Below are positions 1-8,850 of a stretch of 44,472 bases of DNA, in pieces. Under the pieces are notes generated by a model. It was not told where the DNA came from, did not search any database, and saw only the letters and a program-made list of their open reading frames with translations. The stretch comes from Chthoniobacteraceae bacterium (GTDB lineage Bacteria > Verrucomicrobiota > Verrucomicrobiia > Chthoniobacterales > Chthoniobacteraceae), in NCBI GenBank assembly GCA_040081625.1, contig JBEBGD010000038.1, positions 1 to 44,472 on the forward strand, given 5' to 3'. The first letter of the stretch is position 1. The number at the start of each line of letters is the position of its first letter. The translations under genes and the position numbers were made by a program.

Positions 1-99
1 TCCCGCCGGCCACCACGAGGCGCGCAGCGCCATTCTTCCTGATTGGCGGCTTCGCCGGCGTGTTGATGGCCGGCGGGACGCCGGCGCTCCATCGTAGCG

Positions 100-1470
100 A
101 TGCTCTTCAACTCCTTCGAGTTCCTCGTCTTCTTCCCGCTCGTCGCGGCGCTCTTCTTCGCGCTGCCGCGCGGAAAGTGGGCGCTGCTGCTCGCGGCGAG
201 TTGCATCTTCTACGGGTGGTTCATCCCGGCGTATCTCGCGATCATGGGCGCGGTCATCGTCGTCGATTACTTCGCCGGGCGCGCGATCGAGTCGGCGGGC
301 ACGCTGCGACTGCGGCGCATCTTTCTCGGCGTGAGTCTCGCGGCGAATCTCGGCGTCCTCGCGGTCTTCAAATACTACAACTTCGCGCGCGAGAACCTCG
401 ACGCGCTCGGTCTCGGCCTGCCGGTGCTCACGATGGCGCTGCCGATCGGGCTCTCGTTTCACACCTTCCAGGCGATGAGCTACATCATCGAAGTCTATCG
501 CGGGCACCAAAAGGCCGAGCGGCACTTCGGCCGGTATGCGCTCTACGTGATGTTCTTTCCGCAGATGGTCGCGGGGCCGATCGAGCGCCCGCAGAATGTG
601 CTGCCGCAACTGCGCGACTGGCGCGGCTTCGACGAAGACCGCGTGGTGAGCGGCTTGCAGCGCGTGCTGTGGGGGCTCGTGAAAAAGGTGATCATCGCCG
701 ACCGGCTCGCGATCGTGGCGGACGCGGTGTTCACCGACCCGGCGGCTCACTCCGGCTTCGGCGCGTGGATCGGGCTGTATGCGTTCGCGGTGCAGATCTA
801 CTGCGACTTCTCCGGCTACTCGGACATCGCGATCGGCACCGCGCGCGTGTTCGGCGTGAAGCTCATGGAGAATTTCCGGCAGCCGTATTTCGCGTGCGAC
901 CTGCGCGAGTTCTGGCAGCGCTGGCACATCTCGCTGAGCACGTGGTTCCGCGACTACGTGTATATCCCGTTCGGCGGGAGCCGCGGCTCGGCGGCGCGGA
1001 CGTATCGCAATGTCTTCCTCGTCTTCCTGCTCAGCGGGCTGTGGCACGGCGCGGCGTGGACGTTCGTGCTGTGGGGCGCGTGGCACGGCGCGGGGACGCT
1101 CGTGCTGATGGCGTGGCAAAAGGTGAGGGGGGACACGCGCGCGACGCCGCTTCGGCGCGCGATCGGATGGGTGCTCACGTTCCACTTCGTCGTGCTCGGC
1201 TGGATTTGGTTTCGCGCGCACTCGATGGCCGAGGCGGGCGCACTGTGGCGCGCGCTGGTGGATTGGTCCGGGCCGGCGCGCCCGCTGCCGCTCGACCCGA
1301 TGGAAGCGGGGATCGCGCTGCTCGGCGTCGCCGTGCTGCTGCTCGGCGACGCGTGGCGGCCTCGCGAACTCACGCCGCCCGTGCGATGGGCGCTGTATCT
1401 CGCCGGCGGACTGGCGCTCATTTTCCTCAGCCCGTTTGGCGGAAAGCAGTTCATCTACTTCCAATTCTGA
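100..1470 (+). CDS. MBOAT family O-acyltransferase (AlgI/DltB-like)
   Basis: 456 aa polytopic membrane protein with AlgI-type motifs MLFNSFEF, LPIGLSFHTFQ, FFPQMVAGPIER, YCDFSGYSDIA, ENFRQPY, FWQRWHISLS, GLWHGA and a C-terminal FIYFQF. Confidence 0.92.
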   Translation: MLFNSFEFLVFFPLVAALFFALPRGKWALLLAASCIFYGWFIPAYLAIMGAVIVVDYFAGRAIESAGTLRLRRIFLGVSLAANLGVLAVFKYYNFARENLDALGLGLPVLTMALPIGLSFHTFQAMSYIIEVYRGHQKAERHFGRYALYVMFFPQMVAGPIERPQNVLPQLRDWRGFDEDRVVSGLQRVLWGLVKKVIIADRLAIVADAVFTDPAAHSGFGAWIGLYAFAVQIYCDFSGYSDIAIGTARVFGVKLMENFRQPYFACDLREFWQRWHISLSTWFRDYVYIPFGGSRGSAARTYRNVFLVFLLSGLWHGAAWTFVLWGAWHGAGTLVLMAWQKVRGDTRATPLRRAIGWVLTFHFVVLGWIWFRAHSMAEAGALWRALVDWSGPARPLPLDPMEAGIALLGVAVLLLGDAWRPRELTPPVRWALYLAGGLALIFLSPFGGKQFIYFQF

Positions 1471-2369
1471 TGCGCGCCTTCCTGCTCAAAGCCACGCTCT
1501 ACTGCGCCGTGCTCGCCGCGATCACCGCGGGCGCGCTCGTGTGGGCGGTCGGCGGATTCGTCGATGCCTTCTACGGGAAGTTCACGCAGCCCGCGCGGTC
1601 GCTCGTCGTCGGCTCATCGCGCGCGGCGCAGGGGATCGATCCCGCGCTGCTCGGCGCGGAGTGCGCGCAGCCGTTCCTGAACTTCGCCTTCACGAATGCA
1701 AACTCGCCTTACGGCCCCGGCTACCTGCGCGCGATTCGGCGCAAAGTGCCCGCCGACACGCGCGGCGGGCTTTTCATCCTCGAAGTGAATCCGCTGCTCG
1801 TGTCGATCGACTTGGAGAAGGAGCGCGAGGACGAGAGCACCTTCCGCGAGCGTGACCTCACTCTCGACCGCCAGTTCGTTTTCGATCTCGATCCAAACTT
1901 CGACTACCTGCTGCGCAACTTCCGAGAGCCGCTCTACCGCCTCGCGCTGCCCGAGCATCGCCGCGCGAACCAAGCGCTGCACGCGAGCGGCTGGCACGAG
2001 GTGCGGCTCGATGAAAGCGCCAACGCTCGTGCCGCGCGGCAGCGGCTCGGCGTGCAGCGCTACGCGGATGTCTTCGCGCGCTACCGCTCGTCGCCGCTGC
2101 GCGTCGAATGGCTCCGGCGCACGATCGCGGAGTTGCGTCCGCATGGGCGCGTCGTGCTCGTGCGGATCCCGACTTCGCCCGGAATGGCGGAGCTTGAGAA
2201 CGCCTACGCGCCCGACTTCAGCGCGCGGATGGCGACGACGGAAGGTGTCGAGTTTTTCGACTTTATCGGCGAAGGCGCGACCTACGAAACGACCGACGGG
2301 AATCACCTCACGGCGGCGGCGGCGCGGAAGTTTTCGGCGGCGCTGGGTCAACGTCTCCGCAAGCCATGA
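1470..2369 (+). CDS. Membrane-anchored SGNH-like/DltD-like partner of the MBOAT protein
   Basis: ATG at 1470 overlaps the MBOAT stop (TGATG). 299 aa with an N-terminal TM segment, a VVGSSRA block-I-like motif and a C-terminal DGNHL (DxxH) motif. Confidence 0.7.
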   Translation: MRAFLLKATLYCAVLAAITAGALVWAVGGFVDAFYGKFTQPARSLVVGSSRAAQGIDPALLGAECAQPFLNFAFTNANSPYGPGYLRAIRRKVPADTRGGLFILEVNPLLVSIDLEKEREDESTFRERDLTLDRQFVFDLDPNFDYLLRNFREPLYRLALPEHRRANQALHASGWHEVRLDESANARAARQRLGVQRYADVFARYRSSPLRVEWLRRTIAELRPHGRVVLVRIPTSPGMAELENAYAPDFSARMATTEGVEFFDFIGEGATYETTDGNHLTAAAARKFSAALGQRLRKP

Positions 2370-4657
2370 GCCGCAAACGCCGCAAGACTTCGCCCGCGAC
2401 TTCCTCGCGCCGGGCGTGGATTTTCGCAGCGGTCGCCGTGCTGTGGATGGCGGGGCTGGTGTGGTGGAAGCAGCGTCCGCCGGCGCCTGCAAAGATCGCG
2501 GCGACTCCGCCCGCGCCCTTGCTCGAGCCGCAGGAAAAAGTCTTCGCCGAGTATGCGGGCGCGGAGTCGTGTCGGGGGTGTCACGCGGATCAGTTCGCGA
2601 AGTGGGCGACCTCGGATCATTTCCACGCGGAGCGGAAGCCGGTGCCTGCGCTCGACGATGCGGCGTTCGTCCCGCCGCACGCGTTCAAGCACGGCACGCA
2701 GGAATCCAGCACCGCAAAATCCGGCGCGGACTTCCTGCTCACGACGCCCGGCTTCGACGGCGAACGCGAGGCGTATCCGGTCGCGCGTGTGATCGGGCAC
2801 GATCCGCTGCGGCAGATGCTGATCGAGCGGCCGCGCGGGCGCGTGCAAAGCTCGGAGCTCGCCTTCGATCCGCACCGCGGCGAGTGGTTCGACGTGTATG
2901 GAAATGAGGATCGCGTGCCCGGCGAATGGGGGCACTGGACGGGGCGCGGCATGACCTGGAACACGATGTGCGCGAGCTGCCACAACACGCGGCTGCGCAA
3001 AAATTACGACGCGGCGACGGACAGCTTCCACACGGCGATGGCGGAGATGACGGTCGCTTGCGAGGCGTGCCACGGGCCGATGAAGGCGCACGGCGACTGG
3101 CACAAGGCGCATCCCGGCGAGGCCGAACCGAACCCGCGCCGCTTCACGCGCGACCAGGTCTTCGACACCTGCGGCGCGTGCCACGCGCGGCGGCGCGAGC
3201 TGACCGGCGACTTCGTGCCGGGCGACCACTTCGCGGAGCACTTCCAACTCACGACCGTGGACGAGTCGGACCTCTACTACGCGGACGGACAAGTGCGCGA
3301 CGAGCTCTACGAATACGGTTCCTTTCACAGCAGCAAGATGCACGCGGCGGGTGTGCGCTGCGTCGATTGTCACGATCCCCACACGGGCAAACGCCGCTTC
3401 GAGGGCAACGCGCTTTGCATCCAGTGTCACTCCGGTGCGCCGTCGCAGATTCCGAGCATCACGGTCGTCGCGCCGGTGATCGATCCGGTCGCGCACAGCT
3501 TCCACGCCGCCGGCAGTGCGGGCGCGGAATGCACGGCGTGTCACATGCCGGTCACCAACTACATGCAGCGACATCCGCGGCACGATCACGGGTTCACGAT
3601 CCCCGATCCGCTGCTCACGAAACAGCACGGCATCCCGAACGCGTGCAATCGCTGCCACACCGACAAGGACGCCGATTGGGCGCTCGCCGCGGCGGACAAA
3701 TGGTGGGGCGTGAAGATGCAGCGCCCGGCCCGCGAACGCGCGCAGCGGATCGCCGGGGCGCGCTCGGGTGCTGCGCGGAGCAGCGCGCCGCTGCTCGCGT
3801 CGTGGCAGGCGGAGACTTCGCCGTATTGGAAGGCCGCGATCCTCAAGCTGCTCGCACCGTGGTCCGGCGAGCTGGAAGTGGTGCGCGCGCTCGGCGACGG
3901 GCTGGTGCATCCAGACCCGCTCGTGCGCACTGCCGCCGCGCAGCAGCTCGAGCCCGCCGGCCAGTCGCGGACGTGGCTCGAGCGCGGGCTCACCGACCCG
4001 AGCCGCAGCGTGCGAGTCGCGGCGGCGTGGACTTTGCGCGAGACGGTCGCTCTCGAATCGCGCGCGGGGCGCGAACTCCAGCACGCGCTCGACCTCGGCG
4101 CCGATCAACCGACGGGGCAGCTCCAGCTCGGCGTCTTCGCGCAGGGGCGGCGCGACGACGCCGGAGCGCTCTCCCATTTCCAGCGAGCGGTGTCGTGGGA
4201 CCCGCGCTCGGGTGGGCTGCGGCACGAATACGCGGTGCTGCTCAGCCAGCTCGGACGCGCGGCGGATGCGCTGGAGGAGATGAAGGAAGCCGTGCGGCTC
4301 GAACCGCAAAACGCCGAGTTCCACTACAAGCTCGCGCTCGCGTGGAACGAGGCGGGCAATCTCGCGAACGCGCTGCCGGAGTTCGAGAAGGCGGTGGAGC
4401 TCGACCGGCGCCACGCCCGCGCGTGGTATAATCTCGGCCTCGCGCGCAACAGCATCGGCCAGCCCGAGCAGGCGATCGCGGCCTTGCAGCAGGGCGAGGC
4501 GGCTGATCCTCGCGATGCGCGGCTTCCCTACGCGCGGGCGACGATCCACGCGCGGCGCGGGCAGAAGGAGGAGGCGCGGGCGGCGGCGCAGCGTGCGCTC
4601 GAAATCGCGCCCGGCTACGGCGAGGCGCGCGCGCTTCTCGAATCGCTCGGGCCATAG
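2366..4657 (+). CDS. Multiheme c-type cytochrome with HEAT-like and TPR repeats
   Basis: N-terminal TM anchor; eight CxxCH motifs (CRGCH, CASCH, CEACH, CGACH, CVDCH, CIQCH, CTACH, CNRCH); HEAT-like DPLVRTAAA and DPSRSVRVAAA; C-terminal TPRs (e.g. ARAWYNLGLA). Confidence 0.88.
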   Translation: MSRKRRKTSPATSSRRAWIFAAVAVLWMAGLVWWKQRPPAPAKIAATPPAPLLEPQEKVFAEYAGAESCRGCHADQFAKWATSDHFHAERKPVPALDDAAFVPPHAFKHGTQESSTAKSGADFLLTTPGFDGEREAYPVARVIGHDPLRQMLIERPRGRVQSSELAFDPHRGEWFDVYGNEDRVPGEWGHWTGRGMTWNTMCASCHNTRLRKNYDAATDSFHTAMAEMTVACEACHGPMKAHGDWHKAHPGEAEPNPRRFTRDQVFDTCGACHARRRELTGDFVPGDHFAEHFQLTTVDESDLYYADGQVRDELYEYGSFHSSKMHAAGVRCVDCHDPHTGKRRFEGNALCIQCHSGAPSQIPSITVVAPVIDPVAHSFHAAGSAGAECTACHMPVTNYMQRHPRHDHGFTIPDPLLTKQHGIPNACNRCHTDKDADWALAAADKWWGVKMQRPARERAQRIAGARSGAARSSAPLLASWQAETSPYWKAAILKLLAPWSGELEVVRALGDGLVHPDPLVRTAAAQQLEPAGQSRTWLERGLTDPSRSVRVAAAWTLRETVALESRAGRELQHALDLGADQPTGQLQLGVFAQGRRDDAGALSHFQRAVSWDPRSGGLRHEYAVLLSQLGRAADALEEMKEAVRLEPQNAEFHYKLALAWNEAGNLANALPEFEKAVELDRRHARAWYNLGLARNSIGQPEQAIAALQQGEAADPRDARLPYARATIHARRGQKEEARAAAQRALEIAPGYGEARALLESLGP

Positions 4658-4729
4658 TTGCCGGGTCCAGCGAGGTTGCCAGTTGCGCGCCCCTTCCAGT
4701 CCGGTTAGAGGGAGCGCCGAAATTCTTCT

Positions 4730-5815
4730 ATGAGTTCCGCCTCAAAAACCAAGGTCGCCGAGGATTACTCCAAGGCGCCGATCAACCAAAAGCTCGCCGC
4801 CGAGGACAAGCTGAAGCTGCTGCGCACGATGATTCGTGTGCGGCGGTTCGAAACCGAGTCGCTGCGCCAGTTCCAGGCGGGCAAGATGGGCGGCTTCCTC
4901 CATCTCTACATCGGCCAGGAGAGCGTCGCGGTCGGCGCCTGCTCGCTCATGGGCGACGACGATCACGTCATCACCGCGTATCGCGACCACGGCCACGCGC
5001 TCGCGGTCGGCATGTCGATGAATGAGTGCATGGCGGAGCTTTACGGCAAGGCGACCGGATGCTCGAAGGGCAAGGGCGGATCGATGCATTTCTTCGCGCC
5101 GGACAAGAACTACTGGGGCGGCCACGGCATCGTCGGCGGCCAGACGCCGCTCGGCCTCGGGCTCGCGTATGGGCTTAAATACAAGGGTCTCAAGGGCGCG
5201 GCGATGTGCTTCCTCGGCGACGGCGCGGTGAACCAGGGCTGCTTTTACGAGAGCATGAACATGGCGTCGCTCTTCGAACTGCCGGTCATTTACGTCATCG
5301 AGAACAACAAATACTCGATGGGCACGAGCCTCGAGCGCTCGTCGGCGATCGGCCACTGCCTCGCGGAGCGCGCGGAGGCTTTCTGCATCGACTGGGCGCA
5401 GGCGGACGGTGAGGACCTATACGAAGTGCGCGCCGTCACGCAGAAAGCCCTCGAGCGCGCGCACAACGAATCCAAGCCAACAGTCCTCGAGTTCGACACG
5501 TATCGCTACTATGGCCACTCCGTAGCCGACTCGAAGCACAAGGGCGGCTACCGCACGCAGGAAGAGCTCGATAAATACAAGCGCGAGCACGACCCCATCC
5601 AGCTCTTCAAGCGCCAGCTCATCGACGAGAAGCTGCTGAGCGAGGAGCAGTTCGAGGCGATCGATGAGGAAGCCAAGGCCGAGGCTGCGGCGAGTGCGCA
5701 GTTCGCCGAGGAGAGCCCGCTGCCGACCGAGGCGAGCATTTTCGAGGACGTGTATTTCGAGGTCGATCGCCAGACCGAGGCCGGGCGCACGGGAAAACAT
5801 TTTTTCAGCGAGTGA
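4730..5815 (+). CDS. pdhA: Pyruvate dehydrogenase E1 alpha subunit
   Basis: GFLHLYIGQE, ITAYRDHG, KGKGGSMH, TPP-binding GDGA...ENN motif and TYRYYGHS. Confidence 0.93.
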   Translation: MSSASKTKVAEDYSKAPINQKLAAEDKLKLLRTMIRVRRFETESLRQFQAGKMGGFLHLYIGQESVAVGACSLMGDDDHVITAYRDHGHALAVGMSMNECMAELYGKATGCSKGKGGSMHFFAPDKNYWGGHGIVGGQTPLGLGLAYGLKYKGLKGAAMCFLGDGAVNQGCFYESMNMASLFELPVIYVIENNKYSMGTSLERSSAIGHCLAERAEAFCIDWAQADGEDLYEVRAVTQKALERAHNESKPTVLEFDTYRYYGHSVADSKHKGGYRTQEELDKYKREHDPIQLFKRQLIDEKLLSEEQFEAIDEEAKAEAAASAQFAEESPLPTEASIFEDVYFEVDRQTEAGRTGKHFFSE

Positions 5816-5828
5816 TGCGCCACTGCGC

Positions 5829-6017
5829 TTAAAAGTCCGGGACGTGATCAAGCTCATCGAACAGAACGGATGGTCGCTCGCCCGCACTCGCGGCAGCCGC
5901 CGCCATTTCAAGCATCCTGCAAAACCCGGGCTGGTGACGATCGCCGGGCATCCGTCCGTTGACGTGCCGGCGGGCACCTTGAACAGCATCCTCAAACAAG
6001 CGGGACTCAAAGACTGA
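5829..6017 (+). CDS. hicA: HicA-family toxin, probably degenerate
   Basis: LKVRDVIKLIEQNGW...GSRRHFKHP...VTIAGHP..DVPAGTLNSILKQAGL matches HicA. The expected start position is TTA (5829); the next usable start is GTG at 5844. The GSH motif reads GSR. Confidence 0.75.
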   Translation, partial: LKVRDVIKLIEQNGWSLARTRGSRRHFKHPAKPGLVTIAGHPSVDVPAGTLNSILKQAGLKD

Positions 6018-6019
6018 CC

Positions 6020-6235
6020 ATGCGCTACACCGTCGTCATCGAAGAGGGGTCAACCAGCTTCGGCGCATACGTGCCGGATCTGCCGGGTTGCGTCGCCGCT
6101 GCGGAGACGCGCGAGGAAGTGGTCGCGCTCATCCGCGAAGCCATGGAATTTCACATTGAAGCGCTGCGCGACGACGGTCAGCCGGTGCCACTGCCGCATA
6201 GCTTTGCGGAGTCCGTCGAAGTCGCCGTCGCCTGA
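6020..6235 (+). CDS. hicB: HicB-family antitoxin (short, no DNA-binding domain)
   Basis: 71 aa, MRYTVVIEEG...AYVPDLPGCVAAAETREEV...IREAMEFHIE; directly after hicA. Confidence 0.88.
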   Translation: MRYTVVIEEGSTSFGAYVPDLPGCVAAAETREEVVALIREAMEFHIEALRDDGQPVPLPHSFAESVEVAVA

Positions 6236-6244
6236 TTTTTCACC

Positions 6245-7219
6245 ATGCCACTCATCGAATACCGCGAAGCACTCAACCAGGCCTTTGCCGAGGAAATCGA
6301 ACGCGACCCGAACGTCGTGCTCATCGGCGAGGAAGTCGCGCAATACGACGGCGCCTACAAGGTCACGCGCGACCTGTGGAAGAAATACGGCGACAAGCGC
6401 GTCGTCGATACACCGATCAGCGAAGCCGCCTTCATCGGCATGGCCGTCGGCGCGTCGATGCTCGGGCTGCGGCCGGTCGTCGAGCTCATGTTCTGGAGCT
6501 TTTGCACCGTCGCCTACGACCAGATCGTCAATAACGCCGGCCAGATCCGCTACATGAGCGGCGGGCTCATCAATTGCCCGATCGTCATCCGCGGCCCGGC
6601 CAATGGCGGCACGAGCGTCGGCGCCACGCACAGCCACACGCCGGAGAATTGGTTCGCAGCGATCCCCGGCCTGAAAGTCGTCAGCCCCGCGAACGGCTAC
6701 GACGCCAAGGGCCTCATGAAGACCGCGATCCGCGACAACGACCCCGTGCTCTTCATGGAAAACACCGTGCTCTACGGCGAGAAGTGCGAGGTGCCCGACG
6801 AGGAATACCTCATCCCGCTCGGCAAAGCCGACGTGAAGAAGGAAGGCACCGACATCTCGCTCATCGCGCACGGACGCGGCGCGCTCACCGCGCTCAAGGC
6901 CGCGGAACTCCTCGCCGCCGAGCACGACATCAACGCCGAGGTCATCGACCTGCGCACGATCCGCCCGCTCGACGAGGACGCGATCCTCGCCAGCGTCCGC
7001 AAGACCCATCGCGCGATCTACATCGAGGAAAACAAGCCCTTCTGCGGCATCGGCGCGCAAGTCGCCTCGATGATCCAGGAGAAAGCCTTCGACGATCTCG
7101 ACGCGCCGGTTCTGCGCGTGACCTCACTCGACGCGCCCGCCATTTACAGCCCGCAGCTCGAGCAGCGGCAGCTCCCGCGGCCGATCGATGTGGTCACAAA
7201 AGCGCTGAGCATCTGCTGA
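6245..7219 (+). CDS. pdhB: Pyruvate dehydrogenase E1 beta subunit
   Basis: GEEVAQYDGAYKVT, DTPISEAAF, PIVIRGP, HSHTPE and EVIDLRTIRPLD motifs. Confidence 0.93.
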   Translation: MPLIEYREALNQAFAEEIERDPNVVLIGEEVAQYDGAYKVTRDLWKKYGDKRVVDTPISEAAFIGMAVGASMLGLRPVVELMFWSFCTVAYDQIVNNAGQIRYMSGGLINCPIVIRGPANGGTSVGATHSHTPENWFAAIPGLKVVSPANGYDAKGLMKTAIRDNDPVLFMENTVLYGEKCEVPDEEYLIPLGKADVKKEGTDISLIAHGRGALTALKAAELLAAEHDINAEVIDLRTIRPLDEDAILASVRKTHRAIYIEENKPFCGIGAQVASMIQEKAFDDLDAPVLRVTSLDAPAIYSPQLEQRQLPRPIDVVTKALSIC

Positions 7220-7439
7220 TCGGGCGGGCGGGCAGCTGAGGGTTCGGCGGAAAGTCGGTGGCAGCGTTCGGCGCAGCCATGGCGAGTGAACGGCGCGGAG
7301 AATCCATGGTCGCGAAATCTATGCGCCCCAATCCCTCGAAGCGGACCACCGGAGGTTTGATTGCTGATTAAGGACATGTGGAGTGAATCCGCATGGTGTG
7401 GAAGCGAGTGAGGGCTTCGATAGATTGTGTTCTACTCTC

Positions 7440-7907
7440 TCATTTCTTGTCATTGGGACTCTTCTTCTCTGGGTTCCGTTTGCGCTCGGGTTGCTGCAGA
7501 TCGAATTTCTTGCCGTCGCGGTCGGTATCCACGAAGGCCTTGGTCCTGCCATAGGCGGGACCGTCGAGCTTCGTGGCGGTCGCCTTCGGGTCTTCGCGTT
7601 TCTGGATCACGGCTATCGCGAGGTTAATTTTTGATTCTGGGTTTCCGCCTTGCTTGGCGACTTCGATTGCGTCGTTGATCGACTCGATCGCATTTGCTTG
7701 GCGGCCGCCTTTGTTGTGTTTGGCGTCCTGAATGTGATCCTTCGCCTTTCGGAGAAGCGGGAGGGGCGCTGAATCCGTCTTCGCCGTCTGAAGCAGGCCT
7801 ATGGCCTTTTCCAAATGTCCCTGTTCAGCGTGGACAATGGTATGTGAGCCGAGCACCGCAAGCGCGATGCAAACAGCGAAGGCGATCTTGATGAGGTATT
7901 CGTTCAT
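7440..7907 (-). CDS. Hypothetical secreted helical protein
   Basis: Signal-peptide-like N-terminus (MNEYLIKIAFAVCIALAVLGSHTIVHA); helical HNKGG-containing segment; lies in an AT-richer stretch. Confidence 0.55.
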   Translation of the reverse strand: MNEYLIKIAFAVCIALAVLGSHTIVHAEQGHLEKAIGLLQTAKTDSAPLPLLRKAKDHIQDAKHNKGGRQANAIESINDAIEVAKQGGNPESKINLAIAVIQKREDPKATATKLDGPAYGRTKAFVDTDRDGKKFDLQQPERKRNPEKKSPNDKK

Positions 7908-8321
7908 TGCTGTGGTTAGTGGGCTCAATCTGTTTTTTTGGTGTTTGGAAGAAGTGCATGCTCAGATGCGCCTAACTCTGAATTCAGCGAAACGCGGGGT
8001 TCCGTGGAGTGGTGTGCGAGGGCTCGCATAAAACGGATATTGCTTCGGCGGACAGGGAGGCTTTTCGGACAAAAGCGGGCGGGAGCCAAGCGCGAAGTGG
8101 GCGCCCGGGTGCGCGGTTTTATGCGAAGGGTGGGCGCGGGGTTAGGTCGGCAGGCGGAAGAGGAGGCCGAGCAGCGTGTTGCAGAACTGGCGCAATTCCT
8201 CGGACGCGGGGTCGGCGTAGGGGTGTCCAGCGTGGGCAGGCCGATGGGGTGGCGCGCGGTGCCGGCGATCAGCTCGGGCCGTGGAGCGATCCGGCCAAGG
8301 CGACGGTGGCGTAGCCGGCTT

Positions 8322-8816
8322 TCAGCGCCGCCGCTTCACCGCCCGCTCCGTCGCCGAGGCGCACGCATCGGCGATGATCTGGAGCTTCTCGAGGAACTCA
8401 TCGCGCTGCGTCTCCGGCAGCGCGGTGAGGATCGTGTGCTGGAGTTCGGACGCGGCCTTGCGCGCTTTTTCGAACATCCGCCGGCCTTTCGGCAGCAGGC
8501 GCACGCGGCGCGCGCGTTTGTCGCTCTCGTGCTGGGTCCGCTGCACGAGGCCGGCTTTTTCCATCCGCGCGAGCGTGGAGGTGATGGTGTTCGGGTCGCT
8601 GGCCATGAGGTCGGTGATGGCGCGTTGCGTGAGCCCCTGCGGGTCGCCTTCGCTGATCCAGCGGAGGATGGAGAACTGATCGGGCGTGACCTTCAGCCCC
8701 GCGACGCGCTGGCGGAAGGCCTGGTTGAGCCCATACCACGCGCGGCGCAGGAGCACGGGCAGGCGCTTCGGGTCGCGCTGCGGGGAGGTGCTGGTGAAGT
8801 CGGAGGAGGCGGACAT
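8322..8816 (-). CDS. MarR family transcriptional regulator
   Basis: VTPDQFSILRWI...GLTQRAIT...NTITSTLARMEKAGLVQR...DKRARRVRLLPKGR winged helix. ATG at 8816 chosen as start. Confidence 0.88.
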   Translation of the reverse strand: MSASSDFTSTSPQRDPKRLPVLLRRAWYGLNQAFRQRVAGLKVTPDQFSILRWISEGDPQGLTQRAITDLMASDPNTITSTLARMEKAGLVQRTQHESDKRARRVRLLPKGRRMFEKARKAASELQHTILTALPETQRDEFLEKLQIIADACASATERAVKRRR

Positions 8817-8850
8817 CGGTGGGCGCGCTTTCAAAAGGCACGCACACGTA

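Noticed and set aside
1..33. Possible start of a divergent minus-strand gene (MALRASWW...)
   Set aside because: Only 11 codons fall in the window, so it cannot be assessed.
60..1469. N-terminal part of the 769-aa ORF 60..2369
   Set aside because: It is an alternate-frame shadow of the MBOAT gene; the real protein starts at ATG 1470.
2348..4549. Long antisense and alternate-frame ORFs (also 10143..12197, 13525..16080, 30261..31628, 33912..35288, 35652..37373, 41795..43636)
   Set aside because: They are Arg/Ala-rich shadow ORFs expected in high-GC DNA opposite or overlapping well-supported genes, with no recognisable motifs.
5797..5832. Possible +1 frameshift at the T6 tract fusing PdhA to HicA
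   Set aside because: The T run is explained by His-Phe-Phe codons and I see no stimulatory signal; a -1 slip leads to a nearby stop. Unsupported without ribosome or proteomic data.
8142..8320. Coding-like fragment on the minus strand (...EELRQFCNTLLGLLFRLPT*) or a possible ncRNA
   Set aside because: No clear start and no recognisable family or RNA motif; it may be a pseudogene remnant but cannot be supported.
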